From assembly GCA_043767805.1 (NCBI GenBank), contig JAYUGC010000034.1:1-39120 (forward strand): a DNA stretch of 39,120 nt, written 5' to 3'. Source of the DNA: Pseudomonadota bacterium (GTDB taxonomy: Bacteria > Bdellovibrionota > FAC87 > UBA2466). Every line of letters begins with the position of its first letter. The first letter of the stretch is position 1. Shown here one piece after another: positions 16,990 to 25,476 of the stretch. Under the pieces are notes generated by a model. That model was not told the DNA's origin, ran no database searches, and saw only the letters and a program-made list of their open reading frames with translations. Made by a program: the position numbers and the translations under genes.

Positions 16990-17958
16990 TTATTTACCTT
17001 TGACGGCGCCGTAGTTGCACTTAGCCAGGTCCGTCGCCGTCTGAGCCCCGAGGTTCGATTCCGCCTCAAGCTTCTGCACTTCCCATTGGTGATTCAACGT
17101 AGGCAGCATCGGAGCGTCCTTCGCCCTCAATCCGCGAGAAGCCAGAAAATTCTGGACGCTAGGCAAGAAGGGAACTCCAAGATTAGGCAATAGGAAGGGC
17201 ACTCTCGTTAGCCCCGCGGAGTTTACCCGCTTCCCGCCCAAAGTTTGGTCCACGATCGAAAGCGTTACCGTATGGCAGTTGGCGGAAAAGGACTTGAATT
17301 GGGTTTGGTACCCTAAGGTTTCCGTCATCCCCACGGCTTTCTCGAACATGGCTTGCTTCACTTCGTCGGTCGTATCAATTAAGTAGGGCTGAAGCGTCGC
17401 TCCCCACTTCACATTCCCGGCCTTTAAAGACTCCAAGGACATGGCCGAGGCGGAGAGGTTGTACATATTGCCAAGCAGCGACTTTGGTTTACTGAAACGT
17501 CCGCCCTCGGGGAACAAGCCCACTCCGTGAACCAACATCTCCATGACGGGGACCTTCGAAGGCTGCAACTTGGCGTTCGGGTCATGGGCAAAGAGCAGCG
17601 CCCCTTTTCCCTCTTTAAACTTAAAATGCGTCAGAAGATGCATGGCCGGCCCCATCTTCTGCTCGATGATTAAAACGTCCTCGACGGCGTTTGGGGGGAT
17701 CTTGGCAATCCAGAAGCGGCGGTTGGCGTAGTAGTTGGCGATGACGATGTCTCCCGGTTGAGCCCCTACTCGCTTGAGTTCCTCGGGATCCTTGACCAGC
17801 TCCAAAGGCCGATTGAACTTCGTCTCGAATTTTTTTCCCTGGTTCCAGCCGGACTGAAAACCTTCTTTAGGAAGGTAGGGATCTTCTTCGGCATAGGAAT
17901 GAGCAGCACTGAAAATCGATAAGCAGAAAAATAGAATGTATAGCGACGCTCGCCGCAT
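16990..17958 (-). CDS. Secreted hypothetical protein, DUF4105/Lnb_N-like His-Cys candidate; paralogue of 18258-19349
   Basis: Signal peptide (…HSYA); FWIAKIP, MHLLTHFKFKEG, FKSFSANC. Confidence 0.7.
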   Translation of the reverse strand: MRRASLYILFFCLSIFSAAHSYAEEDPYLPKEGFQSGWNQGKKFETKFNRPLELVKDPEELKRVGAQPGDIVIANYYANRRFWIAKIPPNAVEDVLIIEQKMGPAMHLLTHFKFKEGKGALLFAHDPNAKLQPSKVPVMEMLVHGVGLFPEGGRFSKPKSLLGNMYNLSASAMSLESLKAGNVKWGATLQPYLIDTTDEVKQAMFEKAVGMTETLGYQTQFKSFSANCHTVTLSIVDQTLGGKRVNSAGLTRVPFLLPNLGVPFLPSVQNFLASRGLRAKDAPMLPTLNHQWEVQKLEAESNLGAQTATDLAKCNYGAVKGK

Positions 17959-18212
17959 CAACCGTCCCACAAGTAAAAAAGACTTCGGGCAGAAGTTTGC
18001 AAATTTCGTTCCCCGAAGGTTCCGTAGCTAGAATACGAAATTTCTCATTTGAGTGCGCGCCCACCCGATGGTCAGCGCCGTTCCAATAAGACGTTTTCTC
18101 ATGAATATTGAGGACTTCGTATTCTGAGGGTGCGTGTTTAAGGCCGTCTGTCCAGCGGCTCTGTTCTCGACAATCCACGAGAAAAAGACCCGCTCGCAGG
18201 CAGCCCGCCCCC

Positions 18213-18228
18213 CGGCACCGGACTTGCA
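18213..18228 (+). promoter_or_regulatory. Putative sigma-54 (-24/-12) promoter
   Basis: CGGCAC-CGGAC-TTGCA with GG-N10-GC spacing, 30 nt upstream of the TTG start at 18258. Confidence 0.55.
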
Positions 18229-18257
18229 AAATTCCTGGGTTCCACGGAGGGGGATCG

Positions 18258-19349
18258 TTGCGACTCATTTCTAAAATTTTGCTCACTGCCGTTTTCCTTT
18301 CGGCGTCCGTTCTCTTCGCCGAGCCGGAAGCGGTAATACCTAGTGGTCCTCAAAAGGGAAGGAAGCTCGACACGTCGAGCGTTCGCACCCTGCTCCCCGC
18401 TACGCCGGAGGAGGTCGCTCAGTACACTAAGGAGCCGGGCGACATCATCGTTAAGGACTTTCGCCACGAAGGCTCGTTCTGGACCGCCCGTATTCCGGCG
18501 GGTGCCGCCCAAGAAATGATCATGCAGAAGGTGACCTTTTCCAAAGGGCCCGACGTGAAATGGCTGAAGGCCATCGGCATACACCTGGAGAAGGTCCCCA
18601 CCAGCGTCCATCATCAGGTTCGATTCAAGCTAAAGCCGGGTAAAGAGATCGAATTGTTCGCGCCTCCCGGGGAAACCAAGACCCCGGTGAAACCCTTGGT
18701 AGGAGACGTCACGTTCTCCGCCGATGCTTTAGGACCGGACATGGGAAAACTATTCGACCCGCGAGAGAGTTTCGTTGGGGAGCACGTGCTTGCCCGGCAA
18801 GTGATGTCGACTCAAGACAGCTGGGCCTTCTTCGCGGGCGCCATGCGCTTCACCGTACGCCAGCACAAAGTGGACACCGACGAAGGGTCCATCCAGAGAG
18901 CTTTCGATACCGGCATCGAAAAGAGCCGGGGCATCAATTACACGGAGCTGTTCGACATCTTCTGCGTGAACTGCGCGCAGTCCAGCAAAGAGATGGTGGA
19001 CGCCGCCGCAGGTGGCCGGTCGCACATTCCCGGCTCGACGCTGCTTCATTACCTTCCCATCTTTACCGACTTGAACTTGAAGGTTCGCGGCTTGGGCAAA
19101 GGGCTTCTCGAAATCGCGACCTTGAACGACGAGATGGCTTATTTGAATGAAGATAAAGATGTCAAAGGGCTCGCCCGCAGCATTCTCAGAGAAAAGATTG
19201 TGGCCCGGCGACGAGCCGACATGGACGCCGAGGCTGAAAAGAACGGGGGCGCGCCTTCGCTCGGAAGCTTCCCCAAGATGGCCTGCAATTTCTATTGGGG
19301 CAAAGTGACCGGCAAGAAAGAAATCTATCTTCCCAGGGCGGGTCCGTGA
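18258..19349 (+). CDS. Secreted hypothetical protein, DUF4105/Lnb_N-like His-Cys candidate; paralogue of 16990-17958
   Basis: GGAGGGGG RBS then TTG; signal peptide (…SVLFA); FWTARIP, HHQVRFKLKPG, FDIFCVNC. Confidence 0.7.
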   Translation: MRLISKILLTAVFLSASVLFAEPEAVIPSGPQKGRKLDTSSVRTLLPATPEEVAQYTKEPGDIIVKDFRHEGSFWTARIPAGAAQEMIMQKVTFSKGPDVKWLKAIGIHLEKVPTSVHHQVRFKLKPGKEIELFAPPGETKTPVKPLVGDVTFSADALGPDMGKLFDPRESFVGEHVLARQVMSTQDSWAFFAGAMRFTVRQHKVDTDEGSIQRAFDTGIEKSRGINYTELFDIFCVNCAQSSKEMVDAAAGGRSHIPGSTLLHYLPIFTDLNLKVRGLGKGLLEIATLNDEMAYLNEDKDVKGLARSILREKIVARRRADMDAEAEKNGGAPSLGSFPKMACNFYWGKVTGKKEIYLPRAGP

Positions 19350-20476
19350 TCCCCCAGATTCGCGCGAAGCGCTGGCTCCTCCTATTGACGGCCGCTTTCT
19401 ATCTAGGATTATTCCCTGGCTCTCGGCAGGCCTTTGCCGAAAACGATCCGCCTGCCGAACCGGAACAAGAAGTCAGCGTCGTCGCCGAACCTCCGGTCGA
19501 GACTGGGCTCGAAGAAGGCAGCGCCACTAGGCTTCGCTATTTCGACGCCAGCAGGGGAGATAGGTACTTGCTCGCTGACGAACCGCACACGCCGGAGCAG
19601 GCAGCCCTGTACGCGAAACTTACGCCCAAGGGCCGTGAGAATTTCGAAAAGGTCAGAATCGGCTTTCTCAAGGCGGCGCTTAGAATCCTTCAGAGAGGCA
19701 AGCTAGTCGCGGGAACGGGAACGTACCTCCACGACAAGCTGGTCCAAACCTGGTCAAAAGCCAAAAGGGAAGAGGCGGCCAAATCGCCTCAAACGGTCAG
19801 GAGTCTGGGACGGTACGCGATTCAAAGCCTGCTTCAGAGCATGAACACCACGCTCTTCGAGAACGCTGCCACCATCGCCGAAGCCAATGAGTTCGGGTTC
19901 GCAGTCTCTCTCGGTGCCACCACCTGGGCGGGCATCGGGAAACGGGGCCGGATCTTGGGAGTCGACTCCGGAATCTACATCGGATACCAGCCCGCCAAGC
20001 GACAAGCCGCTTTCGAAGTTTTCGTGGATGTCGACAAGTGGGGGACTTCGCTTCCGGGCGCCATCGGCGCCGAAGCCCGCGTTAGGGCCGGCCCCTACGC
20101 CGTTCACCTGACGCCTGAAACTGAAGGGACCCAGCGGACTAGCCGAGTGATCCTGCTTCCGTTTTCGATCCTATCGAGCTCTGCGAGTAGTCTCCACATG
20201 GGCCTAAGCGTGGGAATCGGAGCAGGAACCCCTTCGGTTTATGGCGAGACGAAACCAACCCGGTTCATTCTCATTCGCGGGCAAGCCGCCCTGGACGGCA
20301 CCGCCGCCTTAAAGGGAATCGTCCCCGCCCTATTAAAACTACCTTTCCAAACCGTCGGCAAATTATCGATAGCCACCCTGAAAGCAACGGCCCGCTGGGC
20401 CACAAACCTCAAAGATCGCTGCTGGGCTGCCATGTCCGGCATCAACAACCGCCCCCCCACCGACAGCACCCACTAA
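19346..20476 (+). CDS. Secreted hypothetical protein
   Basis: GTG start overlaps upstream TGA; signal peptide ending AFA; helical N-half, Gly-rich beta-strand-like C-half. Confidence 0.7.
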   Translation: MIPQIRAKRWLLLLTAAFYLGLFPGSRQAFAENDPPAEPEQEVSVVAEPPVETGLEEGSATRLRYFDASRGDRYLLADEPHTPEQAALYAKLTPKGRENFEKVRIGFLKAALRILQRGKLVAGTGTYLHDKLVQTWSKAKREEAAKSPQTVRSLGRYAIQSLLQSMNTTLFENAATIAEANEFGFAVSLGATTWAGIGKRGRILGVDSGIYIGYQPAKRQAAFEVFVDVDKWGTSLPGAIGAEARVRAGPYAVHLTPETEGTQRTSRVILLPFSILSSSASSLHMGLSVGIGAGTPSVYGETKPTRFILIRGQAALDGTAALKGIVPALLKLPFQTVGKLSIATLKATARWATNLKDRCWAAMSGINNRPPTDSTH

Positions 20477-20634
20477 AAACAAAGCAAAGAAGGCTAGCCC
20501 ACCCGAAGAAGCAAGCAAGGCTGGCTTGTCGAGCCGAAGCCCCATGGCCAAGCAGCCAGCCAACTCGAAGCCCATTGCCTCCAAAAAAAACCCAGCTCCT
20601 TAAATCTCGCGAAGGCTGATATGGTACCAAAGCT

Positions 20635-23307
20635 ATGCAATCAAAAGAGGTTCGCGAGGCTTTCCTCCAGTTTTTCGAGAAAAAAGGGCACACCCGGGTC
20701 AAGAGCTCGAGTCTGATTCCGGCGGCTGACCCCTCCCTGCTCTTCACCAACGCCGGCATGGTCCAGTTCAAGGACTGTTTCCTGGGTCTTAACGATCCCG
20801 GCTATAAGCGGGCGACCACTTCCCAAAAGTGCGTTCGGGCCGGCGGTAAGCATAACGACCTCGAAAACGTGGGCTTCACGCCCCGCCATCACACTTTTTT
20901 CGAGATGCTCGGGAATTTTTCCTTCGGAGACTACTTCAAGAAGGACGCCATCGCCTTCGCTTGGGAGTTTTTGACTCAAGTGCTGAAGCTGCATCAGGAC
21001 AAGTTGCGCATTACGGTTTTCGAGACCGACGACGAAGCCATGGAGCTTTGGAAAGCTCAAGGCGTTCGTTCCGACTGGATCTATCGTCTGGGCCAGAAGG
21101 ACAACTTCTGGGCCATGGGCGACACCGGCCCTTGCGGTCCCTGTACGGAAATTTATTACGATTGGGGCCCGGAATATTCCAAAGGGATCGATAACCCGAA
21201 TCCCGGCAACGCCGATCTTCGTTTCCTGGAGATCTGGAACCTGGTCTTCATGCAGTACAACCGGGACTCTTCCGGAAAGCTCACTCCGCTGCCGAAGCCC
21301 AGCGTCGATACCGGGGCCGGGCTCGAGCGCGTCTGCGCGGTGCTCCAAGGCAAATATTCCAACTACGACGGCGATCTCTTCGCCGATCTCATCCAGGCCA
21401 TCGCGAAAGAAGTGGATAAGCCTTACGAGAGGGACTCCGAGCTCGGCGTCTCTATGCGGGTTATCGCGGATCACATGCGCTCGGGGGCTTTCCTCCTTTC
21501 CGACGGCGTGGTGCCCAGTAATGAAGGCCGGGGTTACGTGCTTCGCCGCATTTTGCGCCGCGCGATCCGGCACGGCAAAAAGCTCGGTCAGGACAAGCCC
21601 TTTCTCCATAAGCTCGTCGTCGCGGTGGTCGATAAAATGGGCATTTTCTATCCCGAGCTGCGCGAGAACCGCCGCATGGTGGAAACTCTGTTGCGCGAAG
21701 AAGAGGAACGCTTTCACGAGACGCTCCACCGCGGCATGGGCCTTCTCGAGGAGTCCATCGACAAAGCCAAAAAAGCGGGCAAGAAAGTTCTGGCTGGCGA
21801 TGTAGCTTTCAAGCTCTACGATACCTTCGGCTTTCCGGCCGATCTGGTCGATGTGATCTGCCAGGAACAGGGCCTCTCCGTCGATAAGCACGGCTTCGAT
21901 CAGTTCATGGAGCGCCAGCGCGCGCAGAGCTCCTGGGTGGCGGCGAGCAACGCTTCCGTCATGGAGAACTTGAACAAGGGCTTAGAGAAGAATCGCATTA
22001 ACAGTGAGTTCCTGGGTTACACCGGCACGAGACATCAAGAGCCGGTAGCGCTCCTCTTTAACGAGAACGGCGAGCCCGCGAACGCGCTTATCACGCCGGC
22101 TTCCGGTTTCCTGGTCTTTAAGAGGACGCCCTTCTACGCCGAAAGCGGCGGACAGGCCGGCGACAAAGGCGTCATCCGCGGCGAAAAAGACAACGCGGAA
22201 GCCGAGGTCGAAACGACTTTCAAAATCGGTGGCACGTTCCTTCACAAAGTGAAGATCAAGGCGGGGCAGCTAAAGCCCGACCAGAAGTGCGTGCTACAAG
22301 TCGACGAGGTTTTGCGTAAGCGCACGGCCATCAACCATACGGCGACTCACATGCTGCACGCCGCCCTTCGCACCGTACTGGGCGATCGCGTAAAGCAAGC
22401 GGGCTCGCTGGTCGATCCGACGCGCCTTCGATTCGATTTCGCCTACCCGCGCGCGGTAACCGCCGAGGAGAAGACCAAGATCGAGGCCCTCCTCAATCAG
22501 GAAATTCTCGCGGCCCGTCCCGTGGAGCACCGGGAAATGTCTTACGACGACGCCATCAAGTCGGGCGCCCTCGCCTTCTTCGACGACAAGTACGGCGATC
22601 GCGTGCGAGTCATCTCCATGGCGGGCGCGGACAAGCCTTTTAGCATCGAACTTTGCGGCGGCACACACCTGAACAACAGCGCGGAAGTCGCGGTTTTTAA
22701 AATAGTGAGCGAGTCGTCGGTGGCGAGCGGCGTGCGGCGCATCGAGGCCATCACTTCGGCGCGGGCCATCGATTACTTAAACGAGCGCGATGGGCTCATG
22801 GCCCGCCTCGAGGAAAAGCTCGGCGCCAAGTCGGACGACGTTCCGAGAAAACTCGAGCAGCTCCTCGACGAAAACCGCGAGCTCAAAAAGATGAACGAGC
22901 AGCTGCGGTTAAAAGTCGCCCAAGGCGGCGCGCGGGGCGGCGGTGAGTCTCAAGCGCTTTGGGACAAAAAGGAAATGGTCGGCGATCTCCAGCTCGTCAT
23001 GGATCAAATTCCGGACGCCGACATGAAAACCCTGCGTACCCTCGTCGATCAGATCCGCGACAAGCTGAAAGAAAAAGCAGTGGTGCTTCTTGCCGCGACT
23101 AAAGACGGTAAAGTCACGCTTTGCCTGGGCCTCACCAAAGATCTCGTGGGCCAACTCAGCGCCGGAAAAATTCTGCAGCCTCTGGCGAAAGAAGTCGGCG
23201 GAACCGGCGGAGGCCGCGATGATTTCGCTCAAGCGGGCGGTACCGATGCGGCCGGCATTCCCAAAGTGTTCGATGCGTTAAGGGCGTGGCTGAAAGCCAA
23301 TACTTAA
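20635..23307 (+). CDS. alaS: Alanine--tRNA ligase
   Basis: LLFTNAGMVQFK, HHTFFEMLGNFSFGDYFK, DTGAGLER, TPFYAESGGQ, editing NHTATH and ELCGGTH, GGGRDDFAQAGG. Confidence 0.99.
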   Translation: MQSKEVREAFLQFFEKKGHTRVKSSSLIPAADPSLLFTNAGMVQFKDCFLGLNDPGYKRATTSQKCVRAGGKHNDLENVGFTPRHHTFFEMLGNFSFGDYFKKDAIAFAWEFLTQVLKLHQDKLRITVFETDDEAMELWKAQGVRSDWIYRLGQKDNFWAMGDTGPCGPCTEIYYDWGPEYSKGIDNPNPGNADLRFLEIWNLVFMQYNRDSSGKLTPLPKPSVDTGAGLERVCAVLQGKYSNYDGDLFADLIQAIAKEVDKPYERDSELGVSMRVIADHMRSGAFLLSDGVVPSNEGRGYVLRRILRRAIRHGKKLGQDKPFLHKLVVAVVDKMGIFYPELRENRRMVETLLREEEERFHETLHRGMGLLEESIDKAKKAGKKVLAGDVAFKLYDTFGFPADLVDVICQEQGLSVDKHGFDQFMERQRAQSSWVAASNASVMENLNKGLEKNRINSEFLGYTGTRHQEPVALLFNENGEPANALITPASGFLVFKRTPFYAESGGQAGDKGVIRGEKDNAEAEVETTFKIGGTFLHKVKIKAGQLKPDQKCVLQVDEVLRKRTAINHTATHMLHAALRTVLGDRVKQAGSLVDPTRLRFDFAYPRAVTAEEKTKIEALLNQEILAARPVEHREMSYDDAIKSGALAFFDDKYGDRVRVISMAGADKPFSIELCGGTHLNNSAEVAVFKIVSESSVASGVRRIEAITSARAIDYLNERDGLMARLEEKLGAKSDDVPRKLEQLLDENRELKKMNEQLRLKVAQGGARGGGESQALWDKKEMVGDLQLVMDQIPDADMKTLRTLVDQIRDKLKEKAVVLLAATKDGKVTLCLGLTKDLVGQLSAGKILQPLAKEVGGTGGGRDDFAQAGGTDAAGIPKVFDALRAWLKANT

Positions 23308-23322
23308 GGTCCCGGAAGCTCT

Positions 23323-24393
23323 ATGGACACCTTAGATAGATTTCTAGTCCGGGAATTCTTCTCGTTTTTTCTGATCGTGGCGGTGGGAGTCGCTGTCCTC
23401 TTTCTGGGCGTCGACTTCATGAGCAACCTCTGGCGCCTCGGCATGCCGACGGCGAAGGTGGTGGAGCTCTACCTGTACAAAGTGCCCGCCACCATTCAGC
23501 AGTTCATCCCGCTCGCTTGCCTCATGGCAACGCTAATGGTGCTGACCTCCATGTCGCGCCAAAACGAAGTGCTCGCGCTTTACATGAGCGGCGTCAGCAC
23601 GCTTCGCATCGTCTCGACCTTCATCGCGACGGTCGCGACCATCAGTACCGTCTCCTTTCTCACTTTCGATTCCCTGGTGCCGAGCTTCAATATGAAGCAG
23701 CTCGCCATTCAAAAGGGGCTCGATCCTTCTCAAGACTTATCGCTTCTAAATCCGAAGGCCGGCATATGGTACCGGAGCCGCCAGCTCATCTATAACGTCG
23801 GACGTTTTATTCCGAAGACTAATACTTTGGAAGACGTGAGCGTGTACCGCTTAAGCCCGACGTTTCGCATGCTCGAATCGATTCACGCCAAGCGCGCGAC
23901 TTTCGAGGATGGCGACTGGACGCTTCAAGACGGTCACGTCGTCAACTATCCGCCGCAAACCGGTTTTCCCATGCCCCAGACATTTGCTTTGAGACGCGGA
24001 GTGATTCCCGAGAAGCCCTCCGACTTCAAGACCCTCGAGATCCACGAGGAGACCATGCGGCTGAAGGACTTGCGCCGCTTCATCGTGCGCAACACGGACT
24101 TCGGTCTCGATACCACCGCCGAGCAAGTCCATTATCACGAGCGCGTGGCGCTGGTATTCGCTCCTCTCATTTTCGTGCTGGTCGGAATTCCCTTCGCGCT
24201 CAAACCCTTGAAAACGTATTCGATGGCCAAAAGCGTCGGCTTTTGCTTCCTGCTCGTTTTCATGTATCTGCTCATGTTCCGCATGGCGCTTTCCGTCGGC
24301 AAGGGCGGCCATATCCCGCCGGTCGTGGCCGGCTGGGCCGCCAATGGCGTCTTCCTGGCCATCGCGAGTATACTTATTTTCAGACGAAAATAA
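23323..24393 (+). CDS. lptG: LptF/LptG family LPS export permease (LptG-like)
   Basis: MDTLDRFL start, three TMs, NEVLAL..SGVS coupling helix, periplasmic beta domain, three C-terminal TMs with PPVVAGW. Confidence 0.75.
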   Translation: MDTLDRFLVREFFSFFLIVAVGVAVLFLGVDFMSNLWRLGMPTAKVVELYLYKVPATIQQFIPLACLMATLMVLTSMSRQNEVLALYMSGVSTLRIVSTFIATVATISTVSFLTFDSLVPSFNMKQLAIQKGLDPSQDLSLLNPKAGIWYRSRQLIYNVGRFIPKTNTLEDVSVYRLSPTFRMLESIHAKRATFEDGDWTLQDGHVVNYPPQTGFPMPQTFALRRGVIPEKPSDFKTLEIHEETMRLKDLRRFIVRNTDFGLDTTAEQVHYHERVALVFAPLIFVLVGIPFALKPLKTYSMAKSVGFCFLLVFMYLLMFRMALSVGKGGHIPPVVAGWAANGVFLAIASILIFRRK

Positions 24394-24396
24394 GGC

Positions 24397-24927
24397 ATGC
24401 TCACCATCCTCAAATTTCCGGATAAACGGTTGAACGAACTTTGCGATCCTGTGACCGCCTTTGATTCCGCGCTTCACGGGCATCTCGATGCCATGGCACA
24501 GGCCATGTATTCGGCGGGCGGTATCGGCCTCGCCGGCCCCCAGGTCGCGACCATGAAACGGATTTTCCTCATCGATCTCGGCGCCGTCGAGGGCATGCCC
24601 AAGCAACGTTTCGAGTTCCTCAATCCTTTGATTTTCGGGGGAGAAGGCCGAGTGGTCTTCGACGAAGGTTGCCTGAGTCTGGTTGGCATCTCGGTTCCGG
24701 TCACGCGCCACGCGCGCATTCAAGTGCGTTACCAAGATCGGAACGGCAAACCTCAGCACTTACCTGCCGAAGGATTGCTTGCGATCGCCATCCAACACGA
24801 AAACGATCACCTGGACGGCATTTTGACGCTCGATCGGGTTTCGATCTGGAAGCGGTTCTTTTTGAAGCGTCAGCTGCGCCAACAACGAGAGACGACGGAT
24901 CCCGCGCTTCAAGGCCCCGCACTTTAG
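24397..24927 (+). CDS. def: Peptide deformylase
   Basis: GIGLAGPQV, EGCLS, QHENDHLDG. Confidence 0.96.
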   Translation: MLTILKFPDKRLNELCDPVTAFDSALHGHLDAMAQAMYSAGGIGLAGPQVATMKRIFLIDLGAVEGMPKQRFEFLNPLIFGGEGRVVFDEGCLSLVGISVPVTRHARIQVRYQDRNGKPQHLPAEGLLAIAIQHENDHLDGILTLDRVSIWKRFFLKRQLRQQRETTDPALQGPAL

Positions 24928-24933
24928 CCGCGT

Positions 24934-24974
24934 AAAAAAAATGGCCCCGCCTCCCATTAAGGAAAGCAGGGCCG
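24934..24974 (-). terminator. Rho-independent terminator of the small minus-strand gene
   Basis: Minus strand GGCCCTGCTTTCC-TTAAT-GGGAGGCGGGGCC then A and T8. Confidence 0.75.
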
Positions 24975-24995
24975 TGCACTTTACCCGAACGTCTT

Positions 24996-25298
24996 TTACT
25001 GCGCGTTTTGCGTGCAACCGGTCACGCGACACGAGCTCGGCCGCGCCGACTGACTGACGCATTTCAAAATCGCGTTCGCCGTCAAACTGGAGAACGTCGA
25101 ACAGGCATTCATTTCTTCGCTCGGAACGGAACAAAGGACGGTCGTTTGGACCTGGACGTCGTCGCTCAAAAACCGGACTCCACGATTGTTTACTGCTTCG
25201 CAGGTGTAAAGAGGGGGAAGCGAAAACTCATTGTCCGCCCGAGAAGGCAACGAAGTGAGGGCGCCAAGGACGAGACTAATTAACAAGAAAGATTTCAT
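24996..25298 (-). CDS. Small secreted Cys-rich protein (100 aa)
   Basis: AGGAG RBS, signal peptide MKSFLLISLVLGALTSLPSRA, six Cys in the mature part, own terminator. Confidence 0.8.
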   Translation of the reverse strand: MKSFLLISLVLGALTSLPSRADNEFSLPPLYTCEAVNNRGVRFLSDDVQVQTTVLCSVPSEEMNACSTFSSLTANAILKCVSQSARPSSCRVTGCTQNAQ

Positions 25299-25476
25299 GA
25301 ACGAGCTCCTAGTAATTACACCGACACAACGCGGCGCGCTATTTGCCAAGCCAATAAACAAATGGCGACGGCGGCGTCCAACTCCGAATTTATTTATTGG
25401 TTACCCTTAGGTTTCCAGCTGGCTGAGTAGCCAGGTTTTAGTTTGCCGAATGTCCCTCGCCCGGTATCGTCCCCCC

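Noticed and set aside
8100..20500. Accessory stretch as a prophage or mobile island
   Set aside because: No integrase, transposase, phage genes, tRNA or flanking direct repeats seen, and it contains bioB
20477..20600. CRISPR array or T-box leader ahead of alaS
   Set aside because: No identical repeats with unique spacers, no T-box consensus, no cas genes
20641..21891. 416-aa antisense ORF inside alaS, and similar shadows inside ggt, the Fe-S gene, hutU, hutI and nadC
   Set aside because: Fully overlap well-supported genes and have no independent coding signal
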